A DNA stretch of 64,000 nt from the IMG/VR virus record IMGVR_UViG_3300001598_001658, positions 32,001 to 96,000 of that record; one strand, written 5' to 3'. Origin of the DNA: a virus (Duplodnaviria; Caudoviricetes). This document shows positions 46,154-57,300 of the stretch, in pieces. A program made the position numbers and the translations under genes. The notes beneath the pieces were generated by a model that worked only from the letters and a program-made list of their open reading frames with translations, was not told where the DNA came from and made no database searches. Within the stretch, counting starts at the first letter, position 1. The number at the start of each line of letters is the position of its first letter.

Positions 46154-49100
46154 ATGTCATCCGAAAGAGAAACTAATGAAGAAGAGGCATTGAAAAAATT
46201 AGGTGCGGTAAAAAGTAATTATGCACTTATTGATTTAGCCGCTTCGCAAATAGAAAATCGATTATTGACTGATGACGAAGTGATGAACGATAACCCTGCA
46301 AGTTTTACTAATATTTTCTTAGAAAATTTTGGTAGATTAACTTCTCAATCGTTTTATGAACAGATGATGTATAAAAATGAAATGACTGCATCGACAGCTA
46401 TTAAAATGCGTTCGCTCGTAAATAAATTAAAAGCTGAAGATATTGCTAATATTTATGCTTACCCTGCTCATATGACATTTGTTTTAGGATATAATTATGA
46501 TAGACTCGTAGAATTAGCCAAAGCAAATGGAAATCAAATCGTTATCAATAAAAATTGTAAATTTAGTATGGATGGTCAAGAAGCATTTACACTTGATCAC
46601 AATATTAAAATTATATTAGTGAATCCTGGAACTAAAAATCAGAATGTTTATGCTATATATGACACCGCTGGTTATGACACTTCTAGAGATTCAAAATTAA
46701 CAGAAGTGAATAATAAATATATTACATCACAAATATTTCAATATAATGGTGTAAAAGTATTTGGTATGTTTGTTAATGCAAGACAACTTGTAAGAACAGA
46801 GAATGTGATAAATATAACAAGCGAAAATCCGGATTTTCAAATTACATTTGAAGATCAATTATATGGATTTGAACTTTATTATAAGTCAAATAGTTCATCA
46901 AAATACGTATACAAAGAAGGAAAGTTTGATGGTAATTTTATAAATAATGGATATAATTTTGAAATTGATAATGAAGAAAAAACTATCAGTTTTACATTTA
47001 ATAGAATTCCTAATACTTGGTCGCCTGTAATTGGTGATGAAATTAAATTGGTCGTATTTACCACTAAAGGTAAATCTGCTAATTTTACAATTCCTAATGT
47101 ATATGAATTATATGATCAAATTGTTTTTGAATATGAACAAGATCGCGATGATCCTAAACAAGATTGTTTAGTATTTACAGATCCATATATCTCATTAAAA
47201 GATAATGGTGCAACTGGGGGAAGAGACGCTCTTTCATTTAATGAAATTAGATCTCTTGTTATACAAAGAGGAGCAAATTCTTCTATATTAACTCCTGGCG
47301 ATCTTGAACGTAAAGCAAATGAATTAGGTTTTGCCGTAAATAAAATTCGCAGTGATGTAAGATGTTTGGAATATAGAGCTTCTGGAATTCTTGAATCTTT
47401 ACCGGATATTGTTTCTTCACGCGATTCTACGATATCATTCAATTTCTTAGATATACCTCTCAATCCTGAAGTATCAAACAGATTGATAACTCCAAAGATG
47501 GTATTTGAAATGAATAAAAATAATTCTCATTGTGAATACGTTAAAGATGCAGAGGATTATGAAACTTATTTTGATGAATTTAGAGATAATATTAAAAATC
47601 AGTATATGTTTCCATATCATATTAGATTCTTGGCTACAAATGAAGTTAAAGCTAGTATATTCAATATGAATAGAAATAATGATATTTATAATTTAAATTT
47701 CTTATATTATAATACAAATACAAATTTTGAATCTAGTATTTTAAATTTATATGTAAATAGAAATACTATTATCGAAAATATAAATGATATTCCTAAAAAG
47801 ATTACTTCTAAATCTGTAGGCTATTATGATTTATCCTTCCAAGTTACAACGTCAAATGTTGTTATTAGTAATTTGTTGGACGAAGAGTCTACTGATATTG
47901 TAAAATACAGATTAACAATTAAAGATGATGGAAGAGAATTCTTAGTTGAATCGGAAATTAAACCTGAAGAAATAGATGTAGATAATAATACTCTTATTAT
48001 TCATGCATATATTAGAACCGATGACGCGATTTCAAATTCAAATAAGTTATTATCTAGAGATTATTCATTACAACCAGTTCCTTTTGTAACTAATCCTATT
48101 GAATATTATGGTATTTCGGATAAAGTTTCTGTAAAAATTTATGTTATTGAAAAAACATCAACTACAGATATCATATCTTCTGAATACGAAAGTATTCTTA
48201 AAGATGAAGAAAAAACAAATGGATATTTTGTTTCAACCGTTTACGGAATTGATGAAATTGTATTATTTGAAGATTATACAGATTACTTCTCTTTACCTTC
48301 AGATATTTCTGTTTCACAAAAAGAATATTCTAGATATGAATCGGATGTATATAAAGTATATGAATCTGATGAATATGTAACAAATGAAAATGGAGAAATT
48401 GTTACAGAACTCGTAAAAATAAAAATTGGTGATACTTATATCACTACACCTGTATCTAAAATTCTTCATGAAAAAGGTTCATATGTTTATAAATCAAATG
48501 TAGAAATGAGTATATCTACACTTAAAGAAATTGCTTCTATTATTTATGATGATAATGAATACGAAACTTATTCTTTAGATACACTCGCTTCCCTTATTAA
48601 ACTTGACATTGGTGAAATGAATGATGAAACTTTAGTTTTATATTTAAAGAAATTCCTTGATTTAAATTATACTATCGTAGATGATGATACTAATGCATCA
48701 TATAAAGTATTGAAAAATACCGATAATAATGAATTTATTTCGGAAGAAGTTAAAAAAGAACTTCAGAATAAATTAAATGAATATAGAACAAAAATCATCG
48801 TACATCATGCTGGTGATATAAATACAGATGGTGCATTATTAAAGAATGAATCATATAGTGCAATTATTAAGAAAGTTCCTTTGTATAATCGTATTTATGC
48901 ATTAGGAAATGGACACGAAATGATTTTGGAATCTTATGAAAATTTGATTTCAAACATTAAAAGTCTTCAAACGCTTGCTCCTGATGGTGCTAGTATCAGT
49001 CTTGGTATTAAAAATACATCTGGTTCTGGGGACTATGAAGTATTTAATATGAATACTTCATCATGGCAAAAAATTGATGATATTTCATTATCATTTGAAA

Positions 49101-49444
49101 TCGGTGTTAAATATATCGATTCAGCATCAAACGATACTGAAGCAGATAGTCAAATTATTGTCGAAGCGATCAGAGATTACATCAATACATTTGATGATAT
49201 TTCTTTTGGTATAAATACTATATTCGAAACAGTGAAAGATAAACTTCCATCGATCGAGTATATGATTTTATATAAAATCAATCAATATTCGCCTGCAGAA
49301 GTGCAATCTATCAGAAAAGCAAATGGTAATTCTATCGTATCTGATAAGTTGTGTGTAAAACAAGTTGTTGATATTGATAATACAGACCTTAAAAATGGTA
49401 TTGTATCATTCAAACCGGATATTACAATCCGAACTATATTATAA
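46154..49444 (+). CDS. probable baseplate wedge protein (T4 gp6/gpJ-like)
   Basis: Order TTKG..AN...ATGGRD...EIR...TPGDL is typical of wedge proteins; genomic context. Confidence 0.6.
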   Translation: MSSERETNEEEALKKLGAVKSNYALIDLAASQIENRLLTDDEVMNDNPASFTNIFLENFGRLTSQSFYEQMMYKNEMTASTAIKMRSLVNKLKAEDIANIYAYPAHMTFVLGYNYDRLVELAKANGNQIVINKNCKFSMDGQEAFTLDHNIKIILVNPGTKNQNVYAIYDTAGYDTSRDSKLTEVNNKYITSQIFQYNGVKVFGMFVNARQLVRTENVINITSENPDFQITFEDQLYGFELYYKSNSSSKYVYKEGKFDGNFINNGYNFEIDNEEKTISFTFNRIPNTWSPVIGDEIKLVVFTTKGKSANFTIPNVYELYDQIVFEYEQDRDDPKQDCLVFTDPYISLKDNGATGGRDALSFNEIRSLVIQRGANSSILTPGDLERKANELGFAVNKIRSDVRCLEYRASGILESLPDIVSSRDSTISFNFLDIPLNPEVSNRLITPKMVFEMNKNNSHCEYVKDAEDYETYFDEFRDNIKNQYMFPYHIRFLATNEVKASIFNMNRNNDIYNLNFLYYNTNTNFESSILNLYVNRNTIIENINDIPKKITSKSVGYYDLSFQVTTSNVVISNLLDEESTDIVKYRLTIKDDGREFLVESEIKPEEIDVDNNTLIIHAYIRTDDAISNSNKLLSRDYSLQPVPFVTNPIEYYGISDKVSVKIYVIEKTSTTDIISSEYESILKDEEKTNGYFVSTVYGIDEIVLFEDYTDYFSLPSDISVSQKEYSRYESDVYKVYESDEYVTNENGEIVTELVKIKIGDTYITTPVSKILHEKGSYVYKSNVEMSISTLKEIASIIYDDNEYETYSLDTLASLIKLDIGEMNDETLVLYLKKFLDLNYTIVDDDTNASYKVLKNTDNNEFISEEVKKELQNKLNEYRTKIIVHHAGDINTDGALLKNESYSAIIKKVPLYNRIYALGNGHEMILESYENLISNIKSLQTLAPDGASISLGIKNTSGSGDYEVFNMNTSSWQKIDDISLSFEIGVKYIDSASNDTEADSQIIVEAIRDYINTFDDISFGINTIFETVKDKLPSIEYMILYKINQYSPAEVQSIRKANGNSIVSDKLCVKQVVDIDNTDLKNGIVSFKPDITIRTIL

Positions 49445-49459
49445 GGAGTATAAGTAAAA

Positions 49460-52117
49460 ATGGAACAGTTACTTAATGCTGATGGATCTCCATCATTCAC
49501 TACAATCAGTGATTTAAGAACAAATTTTGAAGAAAGCTTCGCTAAGAAACAACTCGGTGCAGCTATGAAAGATATTGTTGTAAAATCAATTGATAATATT
49601 GAAAATAATAATGTCGAAGGCGTATTAGCTGATGAAAAAATTAGAAATATTGTAACTAATGGAATCGGTGAAATTGCAGATAAAGCATATACAAATGATG
49701 AACTTAATGGAAGTTCATATCTTGGTGGGCTTAAAGGAATCGTTAAAGAATTTGCAGGTATGGAAGCAAATTACCGTGAAGACCTTGCAAATGCTATTCT
49801 TTCCGTTGAATCAAACAAAGCTATTGCTGGTGGAAAAATTCAGGAACTTTTCTCAGTTGAAAATCTGAAGTTTACATCTCCTGAACTCAATAAACGTTTT
49901 ATCGATGAAATCAATTTTAAATTTGGAAACGAAGCAGATGAAATTGTAACAGAAATCGGTAAAGATGTAGGTGCTGCAATTGCTGAAGCTGAAGAAAAGA
50001 ATGTAATTATCAATGAAACAAGTAAAGTTATTCAGGATCAGAAAGATGAAATTCGTGAAGAACTTTCAACAACTGAAGAAGATGAAGATGAAGAAAATAA
50101 AAACGAATCAGAAAACGATGAAGAATTTGATGATTCGGAAGATAATGGTGAAGAACCTGAAAACAATGATGAAAATGAAACTTCTGAAGAAGGATATGAA
50201 ATGGGAACTGAACGATTAATCGGGTTAAATTCGGATGAACGTGCAGATGCTCTTAAATTCTTAGATTCTCAAAAAGGAAAAATTGAAAAGTCATTTAAAG
50301 ATTTTTATGCTAAACTTTCAAAGGAATATGATAAACTTCTTAATAATAAAGATGAAAAATATCATTTTAAACCTTATTTTGAGAATGAAAAAGATTTCAG
50401 TGAAGAATTTAATGAACGATTAGATAAAATTTATAATGGTATTCATAATAAAAAAGGTTTATTTGGAAATAGTAGAAATTCATTCAAAATGAAACTTTGT
50501 AATATTCGCGGAATTAGTAATTCTAAATATATCATTTCTTGTCTTTTGGCATGTATTCCATACATCGGATGGATCGGAACATATGCAATTGTTCTTTCCG
50601 ATGAAGATGAAAAGAAAGCAAATAAAGTTGTTAAGGAAACAGTTAATGCAGCATCATCTGTTATGGAAACAAAAATTTATATTCGTCAAGGTTTAAACGA
50701 CGGTGAACATGTAACTTATGATTTATTCCTTAAAATAAAAATAAATCTCAAAAAATTCTGGCAAAAAGGTGGACTCGAAGATTATGATTCTGAAGTGCTC
50801 GATATCGAGAATAAACTCAACGATTCTCTTCAGACCGATATTGAAAACGGAAAAGTTATGATTGGAGAACCAGATATCAATCCGGACACCGGTGAGATTA
50901 TCAATGTATCAGATCATACAGAGGAAGAAATTGTTGGTCACGAAGAACCTGATGCTGTACCGGATCAGATTACATCATCGAATCTCGATGAAACTCCTGA
51001 TGCTATTGTTGACGATACTATTCAGACAGAAACTGATGTAGGAACTGAATCTAAAGAATATTTATCATATCTCTATGGTAATAATAATATTGCTAAAGTT
51101 GTTGTTCCACTTTCACCAACACGTCTTGATACTCTCGAAATTCCACAGGCAAAATCGCTCGCATCTATTTTTGCAAAAGGACATGAATCACTTGATTCGC
51201 TCGAATCTGTTGTAACTGCACGTTTTGATATTCTTGAAGATATTGTAAAACGTGAAAATGATGAAGAACTTACACAAAAGTTCAATACATATAAAGCAAC
51301 AGCAACTGAAGCTTTTGAAAATGCTGCTCGCATTCAAAGTGCCTTTGGAGCCGTTGGTCTTACAGCAAAAGGACCAATTGATGCAGATTCTGCTTCAATC
51401 TATATTGCATCAAAAACTTACAAATATTTTGATGGTAATTTAAAGGTTAAAAACATTACTCCAAAGAAATCATTTGAATCTCTTACTGATGCAATCGATG
51501 CGGCTTTTGATATTGCTGTAGTAAAAGACACTGCACGTAAAGCAAAAAATAATGATGATCTTATTGCTCTCGCAAAAGATTTATCTGGTCGTGAAGATCT
51601 TTTCTGGAACAATGTTCTTGATCTTACAGAAAGCGCTGATAAGGATAAGATTAAAAATATCCCTCAGCTTGCTGATCTTGACATTGATACAAAAGCTCTT
51701 ATTGAAGACACATATCTTGAAAATTTGAAGATTGCAATTGATACAGTAAAAGTTACACCACCTGGAAAAACTGAATCTGAAATCAATGAAGAAATCTACA
51801 GAAAATCAAAAGAAAAGATCGAGTCATTCCTCGGTAAAGACATCAATATAGAACAGGATGAAATCATTCGTGCTATTATTGATGGACGTGATACAAGTGA
51901 CTTCGCTCCTACACCATTTGAAAAATTTGTTATCAAATTCGGAACAGATAAAGTTCTTGAAAAAGATGGCGGAAAAGATTTTGAAATTGGTCAGGAATCT
52001 GCAAATGAAGTTAAAAATATGGCAATTGTATCTTGTGTTCTTAATCAGTTTGTAGATAAACTCAATCCAATGAATGAAACAGATACAAAAGAATTTAAAA
52101 AATATATTGGTGCATAA
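49460..52117 (+). CDS. probable internal head protein / polyprotein
   Basis: Acidic, with more than ten S/A/G-x-E motifs and an internal basic/hydrophobic block. Confidence 0.5.
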   Translation: MEQLLNADGSPSFTTISDLRTNFEESFAKKQLGAAMKDIVVKSIDNIENNNVEGVLADEKIRNIVTNGIGEIADKAYTNDELNGSSYLGGLKGIVKEFAGMEANYREDLANAILSVESNKAIAGGKIQELFSVENLKFTSPELNKRFIDEINFKFGNEADEIVTEIGKDVGAAIAEAEEKNVIINETSKVIQDQKDEIREELSTTEEDEDEENKNESENDEEFDDSEDNGEEPENNDENETSEEGYEMGTERLIGLNSDERADALKFLDSQKGKIEKSFKDFYAKLSKEYDKLLNNKDEKYHFKPYFENEKDFSEEFNERLDKIYNGIHNKKGLFGNSRNSFKMKLCNIRGISNSKYIISCLLACIPYIGWIGTYAIVLSDEDEKKANKVVKETVNAASSVMETKIYIRQGLNDGEHVTYDLFLKIKINLKKFWQKGGLEDYDSEVLDIENKLNDSLQTDIENGKVMIGEPDINPDTGEIINVSDHTEEEIVGHEEPDAVPDQITSSNLDETPDAIVDDTIQTETDVGTESKEYLSYLYGNNNIAKVVVPLSPTRLDTLEIPQAKSLASIFAKGHESLDSLESVVTARFDILEDIVKRENDEELTQKFNTYKATATEAFENAARIQSAFGAVGLTAKGPIDADSASIYIASKTYKYFDGNLKVKNITPKKSFESLTDAIDAAFDIAVVKDTARKAKNNDDLIALAKDLSGREDLFWNNVLDLTESADKDKIKNIPQLADLDIDTKALIEDTYLENLKIAIDTVKVTPPGKTESEINEEIYRKSKEKIESFLGKDINIEQDEIIRAIIDGRDTSDFAPTPFEKFVIKFGTDKVLEKDGGKDFEIGQESANEVKNMAIVSCVLNQFVDKLNPMNETDTKEFKKYIGA

Positions 52118-52131
52118 TCAATAAAAAAAAT

Positions 52132-52165
52132 AATAAACACTACCCATTATAGGGTAGTGTTTATT
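52132..52165. terminator. bidirectional terminator
   Basis: Stem AATAAACACTACCC/GGGTAGTGTTTATT between convergent genes. Confidence 0.8.
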
Positions 52166-52175
52166 TTTAATGTTT

Positions 52176-54215
52176 TTAAATATAAATATTATCTGTTTTT
52201 ACATGATCAACCGTTACTTTGTTTCTATTCCAAGCAACAAAAGGTTTCATCAATAATGAATTATTAAAATTATAACCGATATTATGTAATGAAAAATTAG
52301 TTTTCATACTATCGCGAATAAGTGCAACGTAGTTATCGAATTTACGAGCCATATCGTATCTATCTGCGATAGATAAGTTACACATAGTAGCAATATATTC
52401 AGATAAACCGCCATTTGCACGTTTATATTTCCAGAATGCACCATTACCCAATGAAAGCATCATAACTGGAGACAAATCTTTTACAGTTACAGATACTTTA
52501 ATAGAACGTGGGAAATTAAATTTAGTTCTATCATTTGCTCCGTCGCCACGAGTTACACTCATAGATTCAATGATACCCATATCGATAGAGAATAATCCTT
52601 TTGAGAATACTTTGATGATAAATGGTGACATATAAGATGAATAACCAGTTTGTAATGGAGCGCTTAATACCATAAGAAGGAGATAAGGAATATAAACGTT
52701 TTCAAAAATAGAAACAGTATCGCCTGTAGGAGACCAGAATTTGAAATCTATAGAATAAGATCTAGAATATGATGAACCAGCCCATACCTCTGGAATAGCC
52801 ATACGACCATCACCATTCATAATAGCACCTAATTCCGATCCATTAGACAATATCTCTTTTCCGACTTTTGCACCAACTTCGGTAACTACTTTATTTATGA
52901 TTTCATCCACACTTTTAGCACCACCATTCATCAATGTATCTTTCATTCCTGAAACCATTGTCATAGATGAGCCAAAACCTTTTTTGTTAGCACTATCTTC
53001 TGACATAGAATTGATTTCTCCGGCTATAGGATGTTCTTTGGTAGAGTTGCTAAATGTTTCTGAAATAGATATATTTGATTGACACAAATAAGGTAAATAA
53101 CTCATACTTTCTATACTAGCGAAATGTGGGCTAAGACCTTTTCCGTTATTAAATGTGCTATGAGGAATCATATCGATAACGTCTAATCTAGGAAATGAAC
53201 CTCTATATGAAGAAGCTAAATTAAGTTTAGCTTCTCTTAATGACGATGTGATAGATTGTAAAACTCTAGAATCTCCAAAATTACTATGAGTTCCATCTTC
53301 GCTCTGTTCAATAGATGCACCATCTCCAAATATTTCATTCTTTTCATTTTCTGGAATATTTTTAAATACTTCTTTTAATTCTTTATCCTTTTTAATTTCG
53401 GTTTTTATTTCATCGGATGTGCTACCTTTAACCAAATCAAAATTTAATCCTTCTATAAAATTTTCTTTAGTTAAATCAAGAAGTCCTAAATTTGCTGCAA
53501 ATTCTCTTAATAAATTATTTGCCATATTTCGATATAAAGGCATTGCATCTTTAAATGTTATAAATTTAGATACATCTCCAAAATTGGCACCGAATAAACC
53601 TAAAACACCTTCTATAGCTCCAAGTGTAACGTTTTTAATACTAACTAATCCAAGAGCTATTTTATTTTCAATACTATTATCTCCACCACTTCTAATATAA
53701 TTATTCAAAACTTTATGATCTGCACCAAGACCTTTTGTGAAAAATGAAAGAATATTTGCATTTAATTTTTCTCTACCAGGTTTAAATGTTAAAATTGGAA
53801 AGTTTGCATAAATGTAAGTTAAATAAACTCTACCCATATGTGGATATGAAGGATTACTCCTTACATCATCTAATTCATTAAATTGCCAAGGTGGATTTAT
53901 AACCGGACTTTCACCTACACGTAAAGAAATATCTTCACACGCTGAGTCTGAATCATTTTCTCGACTCCACATACCAAATGACAATTTATGTGTAATTCCG
54001 TCTCTTTTTGAAGATTCCATAAGATCCTCAACACGTTCGTTGATATCATTTATAGCGTCTAAACCTCCAGATGCTGCATAATTTTCATCTCTAAACGTCT
54101 TAAGAGGAATCGATAAAATATCTTGTTCTTTTATTTCATTTTTTATTTCTCGCGTAATATCGGATGCGAGATTTCTTAAACTCATTTCCTTTGAAATTAT
54201 TGTATTCTTTGGCAT
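52176..54215 (-). CDS. probable baseplate hub / tube-initiator structural protein
   Basis: PEVWAGSSYSRSYSIDFKF...SPF...GIIESMSVTRG...SIKVSVTVKDL tube-like pattern; adjacent to the tape-measure-like gene. Confidence 0.55.
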   Translation of the reverse strand: MPKNTIISKEMSLRNLASDITREIKNEIKEQDILSIPLKTFRDENYAASGGLDAINDINERVEDLMESSKRDGITHKLSFGMWSRENDSDSACEDISLRVGESPVINPPWQFNELDDVRSNPSYPHMGRVYLTYIYANFPILTFKPGREKLNANILSFFTKGLGADHKVLNNYIRSGGDNSIENKIALGLVSIKNVTLGAIEGVLGLFGANFGDVSKFITFKDAMPLYRNMANNLLREFAANLGLLDLTKENFIEGLNFDLVKGSTSDEIKTEIKKDKELKEVFKNIPENEKNEIFGDGASIEQSEDGTHSNFGDSRVLQSITSSLREAKLNLASSYRGSFPRLDVIDMIPHSTFNNGKGLSPHFASIESMSYLPYLCQSNISISETFSNSTKEHPIAGEINSMSEDSANKKGFGSSMTMVSGMKDTLMNGGAKSVDEIINKVVTEVGAKVGKEILSNGSELGAIMNGDGRMAIPEVWAGSSYSRSYSIDFKFWSPTGDTVSIFENVYIPYLLLMVLSAPLQTGYSSYMSPFIIKVFSKGLFSIDMGIIESMSVTRGDGANDRTKFNFPRSIKVSVTVKDLSPVMMLSLGNGAFWKYKRANGGLSEYIATMCNLSIADRYDMARKFDNYVALIRDSMKTNFSLHNIGYNFNNSLLMKPFVAWNRNKVTVDHVKTDNIYI

Positions 54216-54270
54216 AATAATGCTCCTTTATATCTTTTATATATTTATGTCATGTATAAAGAATAAAATA

Positions 54271-54300
54271 AACTAGACTCCTCATATGAGGAGTCTAGTT
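54271..54300 (-). terminator. terminator hairpin
   Basis: Stem AACTAGACTCCTC/GAGGAGTCTAGTT. Confidence 0.75.
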
Positions 54301-54305
54301 ATTAA

Positions 54306-57300
54306 TTATAAACCATTAGCAAGTTTATCAAACATGCCTTTGGTTATACTTGTAGAACTACCAGCTGTAGAGAATCCATTATTGTTACTTGCAATAATAG
54401 CTGCCCCAATACCAGCAATTCCAGCCATTAAATTTTTATAGAAAACCTCTTCGATCTGATTATGACGTTTAGTTTCATTTAATAATTCTCTCATTATTTC
54501 TACACCCTCAGAAGCTATATTATATAACTCATCAAATTTAGCAACAACAAGATTAGATGTAACTACGCCACTCTTTTCGGCAAGAGCATTTCCTTTTTCA
54601 TTTAACTTAGAAACGGTTTCTTTTGCTTTATTCTTAACAGTCTTATAACCATTAAGAACAAGTGGATTAGAAATCTTAGCAGGTAATTTCTTGTAATCTA
54701 TATTTGAAATATACTTACTTGCATTTGAAGCTACATTCTTTAAAGTAGATCTGAAATTAATAGCATCTGCTTGTTGTGTTTGTGCAACTGTAGCAGATCC
54801 ACCTACTGGTGTATTAGGTAATTTGAAATTAGGATCTCCTAATTCAAAATGTGGTTTATCTGGCGTTGACCAGTATCCACCCCAATCGATTCCATATTCC
54901 TTTGCAATTGCACCAAGTTTATCATATCCAATATCTCCTGGTTCCAAGTCAACGGCAGAACCATTGAAATGGTTTGAAGCAAGAGTCCAAGTAATATAAT
55001 CACCTGGTTTTTGGAATGATTTTGGCCAGAAATTAATACCATCTTTAAATCCTGCATATTTCATCAATTTGTCTGTTACCCAAGAAGGAGATCTTCCTTT
55101 TGAATAATAAGCTAACTGAGTAGCAGGTGGTCTGTATGATTCACGAATAGAAACACCATGACCTTGAACTCTAGGATCTTTTAAGAATGCTTCGACTCTT
55201 TCGGCAAATACAGGGGAAAGAACCGATGTACTCTTTTGTTGTCCTAAAGCATTTTTATCAACAATATTTTTCTGGAGAGCAATTACATCATTTACTCCGG
55301 TTTCATCATTGAATTTAGAACTTAATTCGAGTTCCATTTGTTTTCGTCTAGTGACAAATTCACCAATGGCATTAGCAGAACCTTTAATTTTACTAAATAT
55401 ATTAGTGGCTCCAGATGCAACATTTTTTGATGCTCCTACTATTTTACTAGCAAGATTAGCTGCACCTTTAGCAAGCTTTCCACCAACAGCTTTGAGACCC
55501 GCTTTAAATCCTTTTTTCTGAGGTTTAATACCATTTCTTACAGCGGTCAATTTATCAAGAGCATTACTCTTAGATTCGTTTAATTTAGCAAGAGTATTCC
55601 ATCCTGCAAAATATTTAGAATCAGTCATCTTTTTAAAATTAATACCGTCTGCTTGAAGTTCGTTTTCTTTATTAGTATCTTTATTGTCTCCAGTAATAGG
55701 TTTAGCTGTACCTTCAGCATTACTTACCGGATTAGGTTTTTCATTATTAGAGACAGATATTTTAGAAGAACCTGAAATATCAGTATTAATTTCATTATCC
55801 ATTTTAGCATCCGGAAGATCAGGTTTAACAACAGTTTCTTCACTCTTAAGGTTTATTCCTTCTTTAGATAATTCCGCTGTACCTTCAGCATTTTCTTTTG
55901 CTAAATTATTTTCATCTGTTTCTTTTTCTACAACAGCTGTTTCTTCATCATGTTTTTTGATTTCATCTTCTTCAGATTTACCTTTGCCTAAAGGACCAAG
56001 ACCAGAGAGTTTATTTTTAGCCATATATGCTTTCGCAGCTTTCAAATATTCTTCTCTGAATTTAGCCTGATTATCTAATGCAGCTACATCATCAGGATTG
56101 ATTTTCTTGTCAACTTTACCACCATTAGCTTTAATCATTTCTTTATACATATCATCCAAAGGTTTATATACTTTCTCAAACCATGTTTTGAAACGTTCTA
56201 TTGCACCTTTATCCTTTTTATCTTTCATAAAGCCAAGTATTGTAGCTCGTTTCTTATCTTGACCAAATACAATTTCAGTCCATGTCATAGTTTCGAATTC
56301 AACAAGTCTTCCATACTCAACTTCCATAATACTTGCACGTTGTTTATCGAACTCTTCAGCTGATTTCATCTGTTCTTTAGTAGCTTTAGAACCAATGATT
56401 CCAAATACTAAATTAGCAATTGCATCAGGTGGAATTAATCCTAATGTTAAATTACCAGATATAGCTTTAGCTAAACCGGCAGTTATTCTCATAGGCCATG
56501 TAGGTTTCATTCCTTTACCCATTTTAAAGTATCTAGGAGCTTCCGCCATACCTGTACCGATATCATAAACTAACTGTGCAACCATTACAGCCCAACCTAC
56601 CCCGTTAGATATTTTAGCACAGAATGCTGTAATCTTACTAGATATTTTAGCTATTAATTTTGCTCCACCTTTAGTTAAGGATTTTTCCATCGATTTGATA
56701 AATGCTTTACTTACAGAATCTGCAGCTGCTTTACCACCAATTTTTGCGACAAGCTTAGGATCTTTAAATAGTTTAGCAACTAAACCTGAGAATTTAGTAA
56801 ATATTGCAGGAAGTTTACTTACACCCTTAGCAAATGTAGCAACATGTACTGCTTGATTTAATCCAAATCCTTTTCCAGCTTTTATATTTTTATCTGTGAT
56901 TTCATTACCATTGTTATCATAATTACCAGAGCCTCCGGCACCAAATAAACCAGAAACTTTTTCTCCAACAGAAGAATTTTTCCAATCTAATTTTGTAGTT
57001 TTAAATTTATTAACAACTTGTTTTCCAAGCATAGCTGCACCTGCGGCAGCTGCACCAATAGTTGCAACGCCACCAGCGGTTTGTATCCCGGCTGCTATTT
57101 TACCACCAGCCGTTCCGAGTTTACTCCACTTAGATAAACTATTACCACCACCATCACCTTTTCCAACAGGCTTATTTTTTATATCCTCAAGTAATTCACC
57201 TTGTTTTTCAGAATTTTGATAATTAGCCATTAACAAACTACCAATATCCGGATTTGGCATAGCTGTTTCTTTTGCAGCAGCAGCTATAGTTTGAGGTGTA

